Positions 39,566-52,703 of a stretch of 64,000 bases of DNA are shown in pieces (the first letter of the stretch is position 1; each line of letters opens with the position of its first letter). The translations under genes and the position numbers were made by a program. Origin of the DNA: Mytilus trossulus. Lineage: Eukaryota. The notes below the pieces were generated by a model. The model was not told the origin of the DNA, ran no database searches, and was given only the letters and a program-made list of their open reading frames with translations. The stretch is from contig NC_086379.1 in assembly GCF_036588685.1 (NCBI RefSeq), forward strand, positions 47,678,001 through 47,742,000, written 5' to 3'.

Positions 39566-40662
39566 GAATATATCGCAGTGATGTTGACACTGTTGGAACA
39601 AATTATAATAATGAATCAATCACATTCAAGTATTGACCGTAGATGTGAGAATCCTTTTAAATAAGAATAAAAAGGTATGATACAACGTTTTTGATCTTTA
39701 CAAATAGCCAGGATTAATATTACTGACTTTTAAGATGTATGTAATATATGGTCAGTATAAGTGCAGTCATGCATCGATGATTAATTCAGGAAACAAATTG
39801 TATGTATTACTAAAGCAATTATGTTTTTGATCTACGAGCACCTTCATGTCGCATGTTGGCAATCGTCACATCTCGGCCGATTCCGTACCGAACAAGGAGA
39901 GAAGCGGAGTCACCCGAGGATTGCCGATTGGCATGTTGGTTTTTTGATGATTTAAATCCATTTATTGAACCAAGGCGTGTAACTCTAACTAACCGTTGAA
40001 TGTTAAATGTTTCTAATCATAGTGTCTGTAGTGTTTGAATTTCAAAATTTAAAGCAAACTTAAAAAAAACATAAATGTATAATAAACAGTATAATGTACT
40101 ATTCAAACGTATCTAGACTTGATATGTTGGCTAACGAGTGTGCCAAAGGGATATTTTTCTCTTACAATGGGAAAACTAGAGAAAACAGGAATTATCAATA
40201 AAATTGGAAAGAAATGTGAGCATATAAGTTTTACAAATTTAAAGTCAAATATCATACATTGTAGCTGAAGGTCTATTAAAAAAATACGGCTTTATAATCA
40301 CGAGTTATTCTCTACAAATTAAGCCTTGTTTAAACAACAAACCTGTTGATACAAATGTAATAACGTAGAAGAGAATATATAGAAGCGTTTGAGATAACAA
40401 GTAACGTTCTTTGTATAACTGATTAATCTCTTAAGTGGTGGAATTGGTCACTACAAATAACTCAAACATTTGGTCTGGAGGTTTAATTGTACACGTAGAA
40501 AACTAATTAGAAATAAGATGCCACATCGTATATTTTACGGTGATGTTATTTATTGGGATCGAAGATTAAGAAACGATCATGAATTCTTCTTTAAAGGTTA
40601 TCAATTATCTTAGTACCAAGGTGTCTGAATGCTGTCTTTATCGGTAGTGACCTATTATTTAC

Positions 40663-41598
40663 ATTTATCATATATTTAGTACAAAATACAGCTATTTTGT
40701 ATATCTAATAAAGGTTCTTTTTTCCAGTCTGTATCACCTACCCTGTATCGCATACCCCGTATCGCATGGCTAAACCCGTATCGCATACCCCGTATCGCAT
40801 GGTAAAACCCGTATCGCATACCTTTTTTTTTTTTTTTTTTTTTTTAAACTTAAGTCAGTTTTTTTTGGGTTTTNNNNNNNNNNNNNNNNNNNNNNNNNNN
40901 NNNNNNNNNNNNNNNNNNNNNNNNNNNNNNNNNNNNNNNNNNNNNNNNNNNNNNNNNNNNNNNNNNNNNNNNNNNNNNNNNNNNNNNNNNNNNNNNNNNN
41001 NNNNNNNNNNNNNTCATTGTTTGGTATGTAACGTCACGAACATCAAGTTTTTACAACAATTTTTTTGGCACCCTAAATGCAACTATAAAAAATACAAAAC
41101 ACTCAATAATACAATAATAAACAAAATATTTTCAAAACAACAGATTGTAAGGTAACCTGGGTGTTTTGTATAAATAATTGAGCAGTTATTTTAAAGCTTT
41201 GAAACAAGACAAAAGCAGAACTGAAGGTAACCCAGTGCTATGGATCAGAAAACAGTTCATATAATATAAAACTCTTCTGTTGAAATATATGATAAAGCGT
41301 ATAATACATGGCAAAATCCGTATCACATGCCGTATCACCCTCGACCAATATCATCCCTCGGGCCTAAGGGCCCTCGGGCTGATATTGATGTCTCGGGATG
41401 ATACGACATATGATACGGATTTTGCCATGTATTATTCTCTATTTATCATATATTTAGTACAAAATACAGCTATTTTGTATATCTAATAAAGGTTCTTTTT
41501 TCCAGTCTGTATCACCTACCCTGTATCGCATACCCCGTATCGCATGGCTAAACCCGTATCGCATACCCCGTATCGCATGGTAAAACCCGTATCGCATA

Positions 41599-41629
<31 letters not shown>

Positions 41630-42180
41630 CTAAAGTCAGTTTTTTAGGGGTTTTTTTTGCTTCAGAATTTTTTTTCTAAAAATAGGTAATTTTTTGGAAT
41701 GACGTCATTGTTTGGTATGTAACGTCACGTACATCAAGTTTTCATATTGTATGTGACGTCACGAACATCAAGTTTTTACAACATATTTTTTGGCACACTC
41801 AATGCAACTATAAAAAATACAAAACACTTAAATATATACAATAATAAACAAATATTTTCAAAACAACAGATTGTAAGGTAACCTAGGTGCTTCGTATATA
41901 TAATTGAGCAGTTATTTTAAAGCTTTGAAACAAGACAAAAGCAGAACTGAAGGTAACCCAGTGCTATGGATCAGAAAACAGTTCATATACTATAATACTC
42001 TTCTGTTGAAATATATGATAAAGCGTATAATACATGGCAAAATCCGTATCACATACCGTATCACCCTCGACCAATATCATCCCTCGGGCCTAAAGGCCCT
42101 CGAGCTGATATTGATGTCTCGGGATGATACGACATATGATACGGATTTTGCCATGTATTATTCTCTATTGATCATATTTT
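40663..42180. mobile_element. Head-to-tail dimer of a ~726-bp hairpin element (hairpins 41283-41455 and 42009-42180)
   Basis: Body-hairpin-body-hairpin; the body has cccgtatcgcat repeats and a poly-T run; caps GGGCC-TAAG/TAAA-GGCCC. Confidence 0.85.
40874..41013. other. Assembly gap (140 N)
   Basis: Run of N inside the first unit of the dimer. Confidence 1.
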
Positions 42181-42612
42181 CTATAATTAAATAAATAACC
42201 AAGGATGAATTGTATCTGTACTTATTCATTAAAACATGTGCATGTATGGTCCTGCAAGTACATCCTACCAATATGTTTTTGTTTTTCCATCGCCCAAGCT
42301 TACGCTTTTTTAAGACAGACTATTGTCAGGTTTCTTTTCAAATGTCGTTCCAGCTTCATTCACCAATAAAAACTGACAGCCACGAAGCATCAATCTGAAA
42401 CTATCATGTCATCAACTACTTTAAAATTCATTGGAGATTGACAGATTTATATCTTAATCTTCAGTTAGATACCATGATGCATTGCTTATAACAAAGTTTC
42501 CACTTCTGTTAGGTGGGACAAATATATGTGACAGCACACACGTTTTTAGTATGGTTGTCTCACTTGCAAAAACATCCATGTCCTTTTTAAGTTTATATAT
42601 ACAGTACAATTA

Positions 42613-42757
42613 GGCAGCAACCATTTGATTTTCTGGGGGGGGGGGGGGGGGGTATGGTTTTTTCTACACAAAGTGTTTTTTTCGCCTGTTTTTTTTCTTT
42701 CAATTCTTTCCAAAAAAAACAATAGCCCCCCCCCCCGAAAATCAAATGGTTGCTGCC
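42613..42757. mobile_element. MITE with 21-bp TIR and TTA TSD (Zator/PIF-Harbinger-like)
   Basis: tta|ggcagcaaccatttgattttc...gaaaatcaaatggttgctgcc|tta; internal poly-G and poly-C tracts. Confidence 0.88.
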
Positions 42758-43776
42758 TTACATTCTATTTGAAATGAAGTTAAATGATGGGGGATAGCTG
42801 TCGGATTGACATTTACCCGCAGCTGTTTCCTCTGTGCGAAATAAAAATCAAATTTCATTGCCTAATAAAGTTGTTTAAATACATCTAAAGTTTAACTACA
42901 AATTACTTGTAGTAATAAGAAAAAAAAAATAAAAAAAAAACAAAAAACATTGTTTTTCGTTGCTTATTAATTCTGCATTTTATTTAATCTCTTACTGTAA
43001 ATAAATCACTTAAAAGAGAAATAACAAATGGAATATAACATTTCCTTTTTTGATATTTCCCACGTTCCCTGAATAAAAATATTGAATAGTTCGTTGTATT
43101 CACATAAACAGTAGCAATGACTTTTCCTTTTGATATAATTTCACTAGAAGCCAATAATTCTAATGGATTTCTAATTAATTAAAAAGCGATTTTTGTACAA
43201 ATCCTTTATAAATTTCTCCAAGCAGAACACTAGTTGCTAATTCAACCCTCCAAGGTTGTATATGGTAAATTTAATAGTTATGAAAATCAATAAATTCTAT
43301 GTTTTACGTACTCAAAAATCTGTTCTTCAGACAATACAACTTTGTTATTAGCCTTGAAGAGTCAATTGACGATCATTAAATAGTAATTTCTCTAGCTAAA
43401 ACTAATATTTGCTAATAACCAGTTATAAGATCATAAGAGTGTATTTCTAGTGCTTATACAATTGGATTACTGTCAATCACAATGGCTACTATACCAATAA
43501 AAAAATCATCAAATACAATTATTTCTAACGATAATATATACACATTACGATCTTAGTTTTAGACTTTTATCGAACAAGAATCTGAATCGATTATCGGCAT
43601 TTATTTTTAGAGTACAGTAATATATGTATAATTTATGCAAATCATAATATTGAGAATGGAAATTTGGAATATGTCAAAGAGACAACAGCCCGACCAAAGA
43701 GCAGACAACAGCCGAATGTCATCAATGGGTCTTAAATACAGCGAGAATATTCCGCTACCGAAGGTGACCTTCAGTT

Positions 43777-46449
43777 TACTAGTGGTAAGCGGATGGTCGT
43801 AACTAAATTTAGACCATTCGGAGATGGGAGACAACTCTTGGAATAAGCTTTTCTTTTCCGATTTTCGTGCACTAAAAGGTTCATTTGAGCCAAAGCGCTT
43901 GTCTCATATACGCGTGTCGTGAGTGCATTGATATTAAAACCATTCCAATTTTCGAAAATAGTAATTCAAAAATTCGAGCATGATGGTCGTAACTTTAAAT
44001 GTGTGATGGTCGTAAATTCAACTATAGTATTTTGGTTGATGGTCGTAACCAATACAAGATGGTCGTAACTTTGAAAGATGACCTAAATTCGAGTATCTAG
44101 ACCTTTTATTAATGTATTTTAAAAGTAAAAGTAATAAACTCAGATGTCATATTTGATTTGCTACAAACAATTATATTATTTGTGACTCTGATAAAGGTTT
44201 GCAGAAATTAGGCTGGAAGTTATTCAACATACACAGGTCTGATGTATTCCAAACGCTCATCATTTATGAGCAACAGTGAAAACTATAGTCAACTCGCATT
44301 AAGCCAAAAAGTATGTTAGGATTGAGCATAAATATATTTTTTACTGTACGTTAAGGCATAAAATTACTAAATTTTAATGCACGTGTATTCCCTCATTTTT
44401 GTTGTTGTTTTTGTTTTTGTTTTTTACGACTCTTTTTAAATGTGCAATCATGTCAGCAGATGAAATTATTAAACGTACAATTCTGTACAATCATCTTTAA
44501 CTTTTAATCAGCTATATTGCAGTTTTTATAAACTATTGGCCTTCAAATATTCGGCTTTTGGTCGTTAATGAGGAAATTAAATCCACAAATGCACTTCGGA
44601 GTCCTGGGTTGAGTTCAATATCGTAGCAGCTACGTAATGCAATGTAGATTTTGACTATTGAACGTGTAGCTATAGACTAGTTGCTACATATGTATTGATA
44701 GCAGCCGGCTACGTACATTTTTATTTACATGTAGCTGCTACGATATTGAACTCAGCCCAGATTTTTTAACGTGTTGTCTTTATTTTTTTATCGATTACAT
44801 ATATAAAAATTATTGTGGTATATCATTGATATAAGTTCAAAGTACTGGTACGAAATGAAAACTGCATCCATGGTGTCGCAATGAACATTGTATTAACCTC
44901 GCAAGTAGGAATATTGTTGATATATATATTACACTGCTTCACGCGTTGAATTTAAGAGTAAAATAAAATACTAGTTTGTAGCCAATCTTAATAATATTAC
45001 AAGGACTCAAGTAGAACTAAATGTACTGCGGCAACTATTACTATTACATACAAACCCCGGTATGCATGTCTGAAAATTATGTGTAAGTTATATGTTTATA
45101 TTGTATGAGTGGCTCCAAGCTACTCATGGACGTCGTCATTGGACATAACTCTACACCGTATTATCAGCTTAATTTAACCAAACAACAATATGACTTCTAA
45201 ACATCCAGGCTAAACATATTTAACGTATATTCTTCAACTGCGAATTAGCGGGAATGGTCTAGTCTCGATAACGACCTTCATAACCCATCAATATATTTAG
45301 CTTATTTGGACTCCTTTGTAATTATTTTTCGACTTTATGTATCAATCCTACATTGTAGATTTATAAAACATTCAACTGTTCAAATGTAGGTACATCCTGA
45401 AAAAAATTAAAAAAGTTTATCTATTCAATAGATGCAAAATCTAAAGAAAAAAACCCCAGGATACTGTTATTTCATGTGATGTCCAATTCATTAAAAATGC
45501 CTTTCCTTAAAATCATTTATTTTTTAATTAAAAAATGATTTGATACATTTCGTGCTTTTTACTTCTTCTGTAACTAATAATTATCATAACCAGAGCTGTG
45601 TTTCTTGTTTTAAAATGAATTCTACACTTTTGAGAAATTTGCCTTTTTAATGAATTTAACCGCTTCCATTAATTTTATACATTAAATTTTCAGTATGTAT
45701 ATTACTGTTCATTTTATTTTGTATGGTTTTATTCGATTCGTTCTAATTTTCTTCCGTTTTGCACTTTACAGGTACCCCTCTCTTTACCCCTTTTAGTTTT
45801 TAATATTTTAAAACAACTTCACAAACATAAAATATAACATATTCATATAACAAAAGACAAGCTTAAAACTCTTGACTTGCCTTGCTCGGTCCAAAACATT
45901 TAAAAAAATGTGGAATTTAAAATCAAACTTTAATCTAAATTCCCCCCAAACTAATATTTGAAAACTGTTTTTTAAATTATGAATTGATACATGTAAGTGT
46001 TACAAGGATTGAAATTGCTTTATTTTACATTGTATGTAAAAATTTCAAAAAATCTTCAGAAATACATCATATAACTTAGGCCTATGATATATATGCATTT
46101 AATAAAAGACACGTTTAAAGCTCTAGACTTGCCTTATTTGGTCTTATTTAAAAGAAGACTTACGACCATCACAAATTTACGTTACGACCATCCTCAACAT
46201 TTTTTTTGTCACGACCTTCATGCTCGAATTTTTGAATGACTATTTAACGAAAATTGAAATGTTTTAATGCATTAAATTTGGTTTCAATATGTCCGGACTG
46301 TCGAATAGTATGTATGAGACAAGTGATTTGGCTCAAATGAACCTTTTAGTGCACAAAAATCGGAAACGAAAAACTTATCCCTAGAGGTATCTGCCATCTC
46401 CGGATGGTCGCAACTTTAAAAAGTTACGACCATCCGCTTACCACCAGTG
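43777..46449. mobile_element. Non-autonomous long-TIR DNA transposon (Transib/Chapaev-like CAC end), 2.7 kb
   Basis: tactagtggtaagcggatggtcgtaact / agttacgaccatccgcttaccaccagtg; ~250-300 bp imperfect TIRs with repeated gatggtcgtaac motifs; cagtt duplicated (43772-76, 46451-55); it splits a SINE-like repeat. Confidence 0.85.
44604..44760. mobile_element. 157-bp MITE with 30-bp TIRs nested in the long-TIR element
   Basis: ctgggttgagttcaatatcgtagcagctac / gtagctgctacgatattgaactcagcccag (1 mismatch); no TSD evident. Confidence 0.85.
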
Positions 46450-46779
46450 CCAGTTGGCCCTTACACAATCTGTACTTGTAGTTCAGTGAAAATGGACGTA
46501 ATACATACTTCAAAATATTTAAATGAACTAAAATTTAAAAACATACAAGACTTACAAAGGCCGGATGCTCGTGACTTGAGACTTGCGGATGAATTGACTA
46601 ATACATATCTATGTATCAGACAATCCTAAAGATACTATTCTTTTGTTGACGGCAATCGGTAAATGGCTCTCACAAATAAAAAAAAAACTCATATTTAATA
46701 TAAAAAACACAAACATGCAGTGGTGTAAATTCAGTAAAAGCTGTTTCTTTTATATCGCAACCCTCCCCTTTACCGCTAC

Positions 46780-47020
46780 CTTATTGTAAATATAACGAAA
46801 TTTGATGAGACTGTCATCAAAGTGAGACAGTTAACGCTATAAAACCAGGTTTAATCCACCATTTTCTACATTAGAAAATGCCTGTGACAAGTCAGGAATA
46901 TGATAGTTCTTGACCATTCGTTTTTTATGTGTTTTGTTATTTGATTTTGTCATGTGATTATGAACTTTCCGAATTGATTTTCCTCTGAGTTCAGTATTTT
47001 TTGTGATTTTACTTTTTAGA
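46780..47020 (+). repeat. SINE-like interspersed repeat (another fragment ~13325-13420)
   Basis: ttgt.aaatataa.g.aattt.atg.gact.tcat.caagt start is shared; contains tttaatccacc...cctgtgacaagtcagga. Confidence 0.6.
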
Positions 47021-47971
47021 CCTAAAGTCTCAGTCTGATTTAATCAACATCAGTTCGGCGAAATATTAAATCTGGGACCGATTCAAAAGAAGAAATAGCA
47101 TTTCCCAAATAATATAATTACATTACATACTTGGTACTACATTATAATTATAAGTTTTTGTGATTGGCTGAGAACAATCTCGCACCATTCGCAAATTTAC
47201 CTCCACTTCAGAATGAAATGTACAATTTTTTGTGTCACTAGCTTCCACAATAATATGCGCAGGTAAATAAAAAAATATATCGTGTTTTCAAGATCCTATT
47301 AAACAAAATCATTTTTTAGAATCTAATGGTTCTTTTAGTAATTCTTTATGGTTGTAAAAGCGTTGACCGTGTACATATTTTTAGAATGAGGCGATTTCTC
47401 ATACAGCGGTGTATAACGGTTTACAGCTTAATATTAAATACAGACTCGTGAATTGAATTCGATCTGTAAAAAATATCATATAAATGTATCAAAAAAGATA
47501 TACTGTCTAGATAGATATATATATATTCATTTGTTTGCCTTTAAGCAACGTCAGCTTTTTATGGTGATTAATAACTTTGTATCTAGTATTTACTAACAGA
47601 AGAAAAACCAGACTCTTCTGGCGATTGAATTGGTGACTTCTACGATAAATTGTCCTTCATTAGTCGATATTGATGTCGTTTATAAAGCAGAAACAAGTTG
47701 ATTTATTGAATAATTAATAAATAAAAAGTTTACACAGCCTGACTTTTGACTTTCTGCAGCCGTATCAAATCATGAAACTAAATGTCTTTTAGATTTCAAC
47801 CTTCTTTTGACCGCAAACATCGATCAGATAACAATTATTCCGTATTAGTTAGACATATAAAAGAATCTGCACGTCTTCAAGTAAATTCTCATGAGAGTGG
47901 TTTTACTGTATATTATTCGAGTTTCTGCATAGATCGGAGAGGGTGGGTTGCTATTTGTAATACAATATGTC

Positions 47972-48328
47972 ATATGAATGTAATGTGCGGTAGCCAATAT
48001 GAATGTACGGCTGCCGATATGAATGTATGGTTGCCGATATAAATGAACGGTAGACAATATGAATGTACGGCTGCCGATATGAATGTATGGCTGCCGATAT
48101 GAATGTATGGTTGCCGATATAAATGAACGGTAGACGATATGAATGTATATTAACGGTTGCCAAAATGAAGGCACGGTTTCCAATATGAATGTACGGTTGT
48201 TGATATGAATGTACATGTACATTGTACGTTTGCCGATATGAATGAATGGTAGACGATATGAATGAACGGTAGACAATATGAATGAACGGTAGACGATATG
48301 AATGTATACGGTTGCCGATATGAATGTG
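47972..48328 (+). repeat. Minisatellite, 20-bp unit, ~17-18 copies, two variants
   Basis: atgaatgtaYggYtgccgat interleaved with atRaatgaacggtagacRat. Confidence 0.92.
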
Positions 48329-50207
48329 CCGTGTCGAAACTTTAACCCTCTTGTTTTATATTTTTTGTTTACATTTTTCGAATCCTTTGCCGTGGGTTTA
48401 TTTCAAATAATAAAGTCATATTTATTTTTGATGACGAAGTTTCGAAGATGAACTGAAATTAGGTTGTCATGTTTGTCAACAAATATGATTGATGGCCTTC
48501 CAAATTTATGTATCTATTGAACGATTATTTTACATCTTTTATTAAGAAAATGCTAATTTTGTGATTAATGGGACGTTAGATGCAGATAAGATTTTTTACT
48601 ATTCAAGAATAAAAAAGGGTGTTGAAAAAGAGTAGATAAACTAATGAATAATTAAACTTTATGCAGTAAAGTTGTTTAAACAGTTATGATGAAACAGTGT
48701 GTCGTTTTGATTTTATTTTTGTTGTTTATAAAATAAAATTGGTTTTCAATTTTGTAAATTAAATCGATGTCTATTTCCATGTGCGTGAAATTGACATTTG
48801 ACAAAAGCAGTTGCGACTTCTTTGTAAAGAAGTGTTATTAACTGATAGGAAATATTTACTGTACACCTTTGACACGATATAAAAGCTTCAAAAACAATTT
48901 TTAAATGTTAAAATGAATTAAGTGCAAATGCATTTAACGGGCATCTGAACGTATTTTTCGTCAAGTTCATATAGTAAGCTTTTTAAATGAATGTGTGAAG
49001 GGCTGTGTGGGATTTGGATGAAAAAAAAGGGTGAAGGGGGGGGGGGGGTCAAATTATAATGAATTATTAAGGAAATTATACTTCAAAATCAATATTTATT
49101 TAAGATAGTAAAATCGTATTTTTATACAGGAAAACGCAAAAATAAACCTCGACTAATGTTAAGTCGAAAAGGGGGGAGGGGATTAAAAGAATTACAGCGT
49201 TGCATGGAGCAGAGTGAGTTTCTTAAGAAAAGATATCCAATGCAATTCGACTTCAGTTATTTTATTGACCATTGTAATTGAAATCTAATAATTGTACTCG
49301 TCTGTACCTAACAAAAATAGATTGCAATTATTTTCTTTAAGTCTTGGTGATAAGAACAGAGTAAAAACAATAAGTCAATTTCGAAAACCAATAACCACCA
49401 CTTATAAAATAAGACCCAATATCTATGTATATGTATATTTCAATATCATCATACGTTAAAGTTTCTGGTCGTAGAGCGGAACCGCACTGCAAGACCAGAC
49501 ACCTTGATTGTATTCCCAGGTGACTTTCGTGTTTCATCGGTGACAACTAGAGTGTCCCGAATGAATAGGATAACAGACAAACGTCTTGGATCCGTCGTTT
49601 CAATTTTAACACTAATTTCTTCTTTTATTGATGTTTATTGTAATCAGGAAAATAAGTGATAAAATTTAATTATATTATTACAAATAGAGATTCAAAGAAA
49701 TTTTATTAACACGAACTTGTAATGATAAAAGTATAAATTACAAAGAAATACAAATTGTGAACTTAGGAAATGATTTTCCGATGAAATGTGCACAGTTGGA
49801 AGTCAGTTTGTAAACCAATGGACATAAAGGCTGATTTGGCCAATCGAGTTTGAACATATAGTTCCCATGAATTTACAATAAGAGGAGGGGATATGAATGG
49901 CAACATTACAAGAAAAGACTTTCACCCCAATATATTTGGTATTAGTTCTAGGAAGATAGCTTTAGAAAGTTTTGATTTATTTAGCTGTAATGGGAATCTG
50001 TTTTTCAATATAATGATGATACAGTTAATTATGGTCGGAATATAAAATACTTTATTTACCGAATGAATCGATGTTGGTTTAAAAGAGTATTTCTCCTGGA
50101 GTTGCAATATGAGTGGACGACTAATGAAAAAAATACCACTGAAGATTTTAAACAATCCGAATCGTTATTATAAGGCCAACGATGATCATAATACTATTCT
50201 TCTTCAG

Positions 50208-50448
50208 GCTTGCTTTGATAATCCGATCTTTCAAGAGGATGGAAATAAGTTTCAAAATGATGATCATGTGATAGCAAACGACAAGTATCCCGGAAATGAC
50301 TACAGTTACGCTTCAGGACCAGGACGACCAACCGAAGTGCACTTCCGGAAGACAAATCAAAGACACAAATATATGCGTATTGTTGCAACTGTAGTGATAG
50401 CCATTATTCTTATTGCCTTGATCATAGCTCTTTTAGTAGTGTTTGCAG
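50208..50448 (+). CDS. Type II membrane protein: cytoplasmic tail plus TM exon
   Basis: Acceptor ttcttcttcag|; ACFDNPIF...RHKYMR-IVATVVIAIILIALIIALLVVFAG (basic residues then a hydrophobic signal-anchor); donor cag|gtaagt, phase 1. Confidence 0.82.
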
Positions 50449-51469
50449 GTAAGTGATTTAAATTTATTACAATAACTAGTATTCGAAGAGCTTTCATGAC
50501 CCTTTCGTTTACTATTTTTTATAATATCATTATATCGTATTAAAGAGGTACAAACTGTCAAATTCAGGTACACCAATTTGACTAAAATTCTCATATTTTA
50601 TTTATAACAGTGGAAAAACTTTATCCTAATTATTAAAGTCTTAAATAAACAATTTACATGGCATTGGCTCAATTATATGTAGCTTCGTTTCGTGTGTATT
50701 TTTGTCCAGATGCCTTCCATTTCACTATTGAGTTGACATACGAAGACCTCAGATAGTCATATAAGCTATATGAATTAAAAACATAAGATAAAGATGTAAA
50801 TAGATAGCGAACTCGTGCAATTGGATTTTCTAGGTCGTTTTAATTTCATATTATAGAGTGACGTATATGTTAATCATCGTGTTTTCCTGTATAACAATGA
50901 TTTTTTTGTGGATAAAATTAGTCAATCAAATGATTTACCCTGTTTCACTTTCAATGAGGACATTATTTTACTTATTATGATAACCGAACATGCATAATTA
51001 ATGCGTTATCCATCTCTAGCTGAGAGGTTAAATTGAAGTTCACACGAATAAAGATTCAATGAGATCGTAGTATGCACTTGCTAGTGAATAATTAATTATA
51101 AATATTTCTTAGCTTATTTTGAAGAAATTGAACCATACTGGCTGCTAAAGTCGAATTATTATTTCACTATTTCATTTTCATTAATTTATGATTGAACAAA
51201 CAAACAAATCATATTTTAGATGTTTGTTATGTTTCTCGGATGTAGCTAGTGACCCTTTAAGAGAGAAGAATTATTTTCAGTTGATCTTAACAAAAAACAT
51301 ACTGTTAATGAAGTGTGATGTGCGAAAACGATCCAATAGAAAATGTAGCCCCGTTTATTAAAAATATAAGATAAACAAAGGTCAAACGCATTAGTTGATG
51401 TTGGTTCTCCTGGCATGGTTGGTGCCCGTATGGTGGGATAATTTGAAGGCCTCAAGGGATGGTGAAAGC

Positions 51470-51828
51470 ACAACTGATTCTGACAGAGTGTTTCAGACCG
51501 TAACTGTTTTGGGGAAAAAAATGAGTGTTGATAGATGTAATTCTGCAGTAGTATGACACGAATAACAAACTGTGGCTGATTCTTGTTCTTATTACAGTAG
51601 CTGGTATTGGAATGTAGAATACAGGTATATGTATTAGTTGGTGGACTACCTTGTACATGAGTGTGACATCTGTCATTGTTCTTCTTTGTTCAAGTGTGTT
51701 CCAGTTAGGTTTTTGAAAATTGATGTAACACTGATTGGCTTCTCTGGATTGTATGTTTGGTTTGTTATAAATCTTGCAGCATTCCGCTGTACCTTTTTCA
51801 ACCGTTTAATCTGAGTTTTCTGTTGTTG
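51470..51828 (-). pseudogene. 5'-truncated degenerate LINE (CR1/L2-type ORF2 C-terminus)
   Basis: The minus strand reads RLKKVQRNAARF...SVTS / WNTLEQRR...LMYKVVHQL...FFP with frameshifts. Confidence 0.8.
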
Positions 51829-52703
51829 ATTACTTATACGATCAGTGTTGCGTATCTGTTTGTTTTTTCTGATGATCTAATAGTTTTCTGTTTTGTGAAC
51901 GTTATCATTGCATTTGATGTTTTTATGGTGTTTTGTTTACTTGCTGGGTTTTTGTTTTCGTTTTTCATATGTGTTCTTTGGTTGTCTTTCCATCTTGTGG
52001 TTTTTGATTCTCCCCTTAAAGTATATAATGCTCCTCTTTTTTAGTCAATCCTTTAAGTTGGGTCCTTTGATGTTACCGCACACCATCCCTTATACATGTC
52101 TTCAGCATTTTGTAAAAATCAAAAAATCCCAAGGGGTTTCGGTTATTTAAAAGAAATCATAAAACAGTTATTTGCTACGTCCTTTTATATAATCATAAAT
52201 CTTAAATGTAAAAATTTTTCTTTACGATAAAATGATTTACTTCTGTATATGTATAGTTAAAGCTAAGTAATCAATTAATCTTTTCTATTCTACATCTTAA
52301 GTATTGTTAACCCGAACCTCATTTCCATATTCATTCAGTAAAATTATGGCACATGTTTATTATATGAAAAATCACTTAGTAAAGTGATAAACATTGTACA
52401 CAAGTTGTCCCTCAAGAAATTGTATGGTTGTCATCTGATATGTTGATAAAGTCTTAACGATATTGGATTTGTCTCACAATGACACAAGAAGCCCGAAGCA
52501 TCTCGAATCTATCAAAGTTTATCTTAACCTGACTAGATTGTAAGGGTTATATTTCGGCACTCTATTCCTTCTATATTTTATGAATTATTGGTCTAGATCC
52601 TCAAGATTAACATTAGGAACTAAAACGTTATCACCATGTTTCCTTTCGACCAGTAGTACATTTTTTGTCAAAATTCGGCGAATATTTGACTGTATGTAAT
52701 ATT

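Noticed and set aside
40430-40660. Possible decayed Penelope-like RT tail (FYGDV-like peptide)
   Set aside because: Too short and too disrupted to call without a profile search.
44550-44600. Possible plus-strand hammerhead remnant
   Set aside because: The core motifs are degenerate (taatga, caaa); cannot be supported as a ribozyme.
47845-48276. 143-aa repetitive ORF (HSYRQPYIHIG repeats)
   Set aside because: It is the translation of the 20-bp minisatellite, whose unit is not a multiple of 3; no splice or homology support.
47972-48328. Possible CRISPR-like array
   Set aside because: Contiguous units with no unique spacers, in a eukaryotic context with no cas genes.
50109-50207. ORF-track start Met for the TM protein
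   Set aside because: A good polypyrimidine acceptor (ttcttcttcag) sits at 50207, so the first 33 codons may be intronic; kept only as an alternative.
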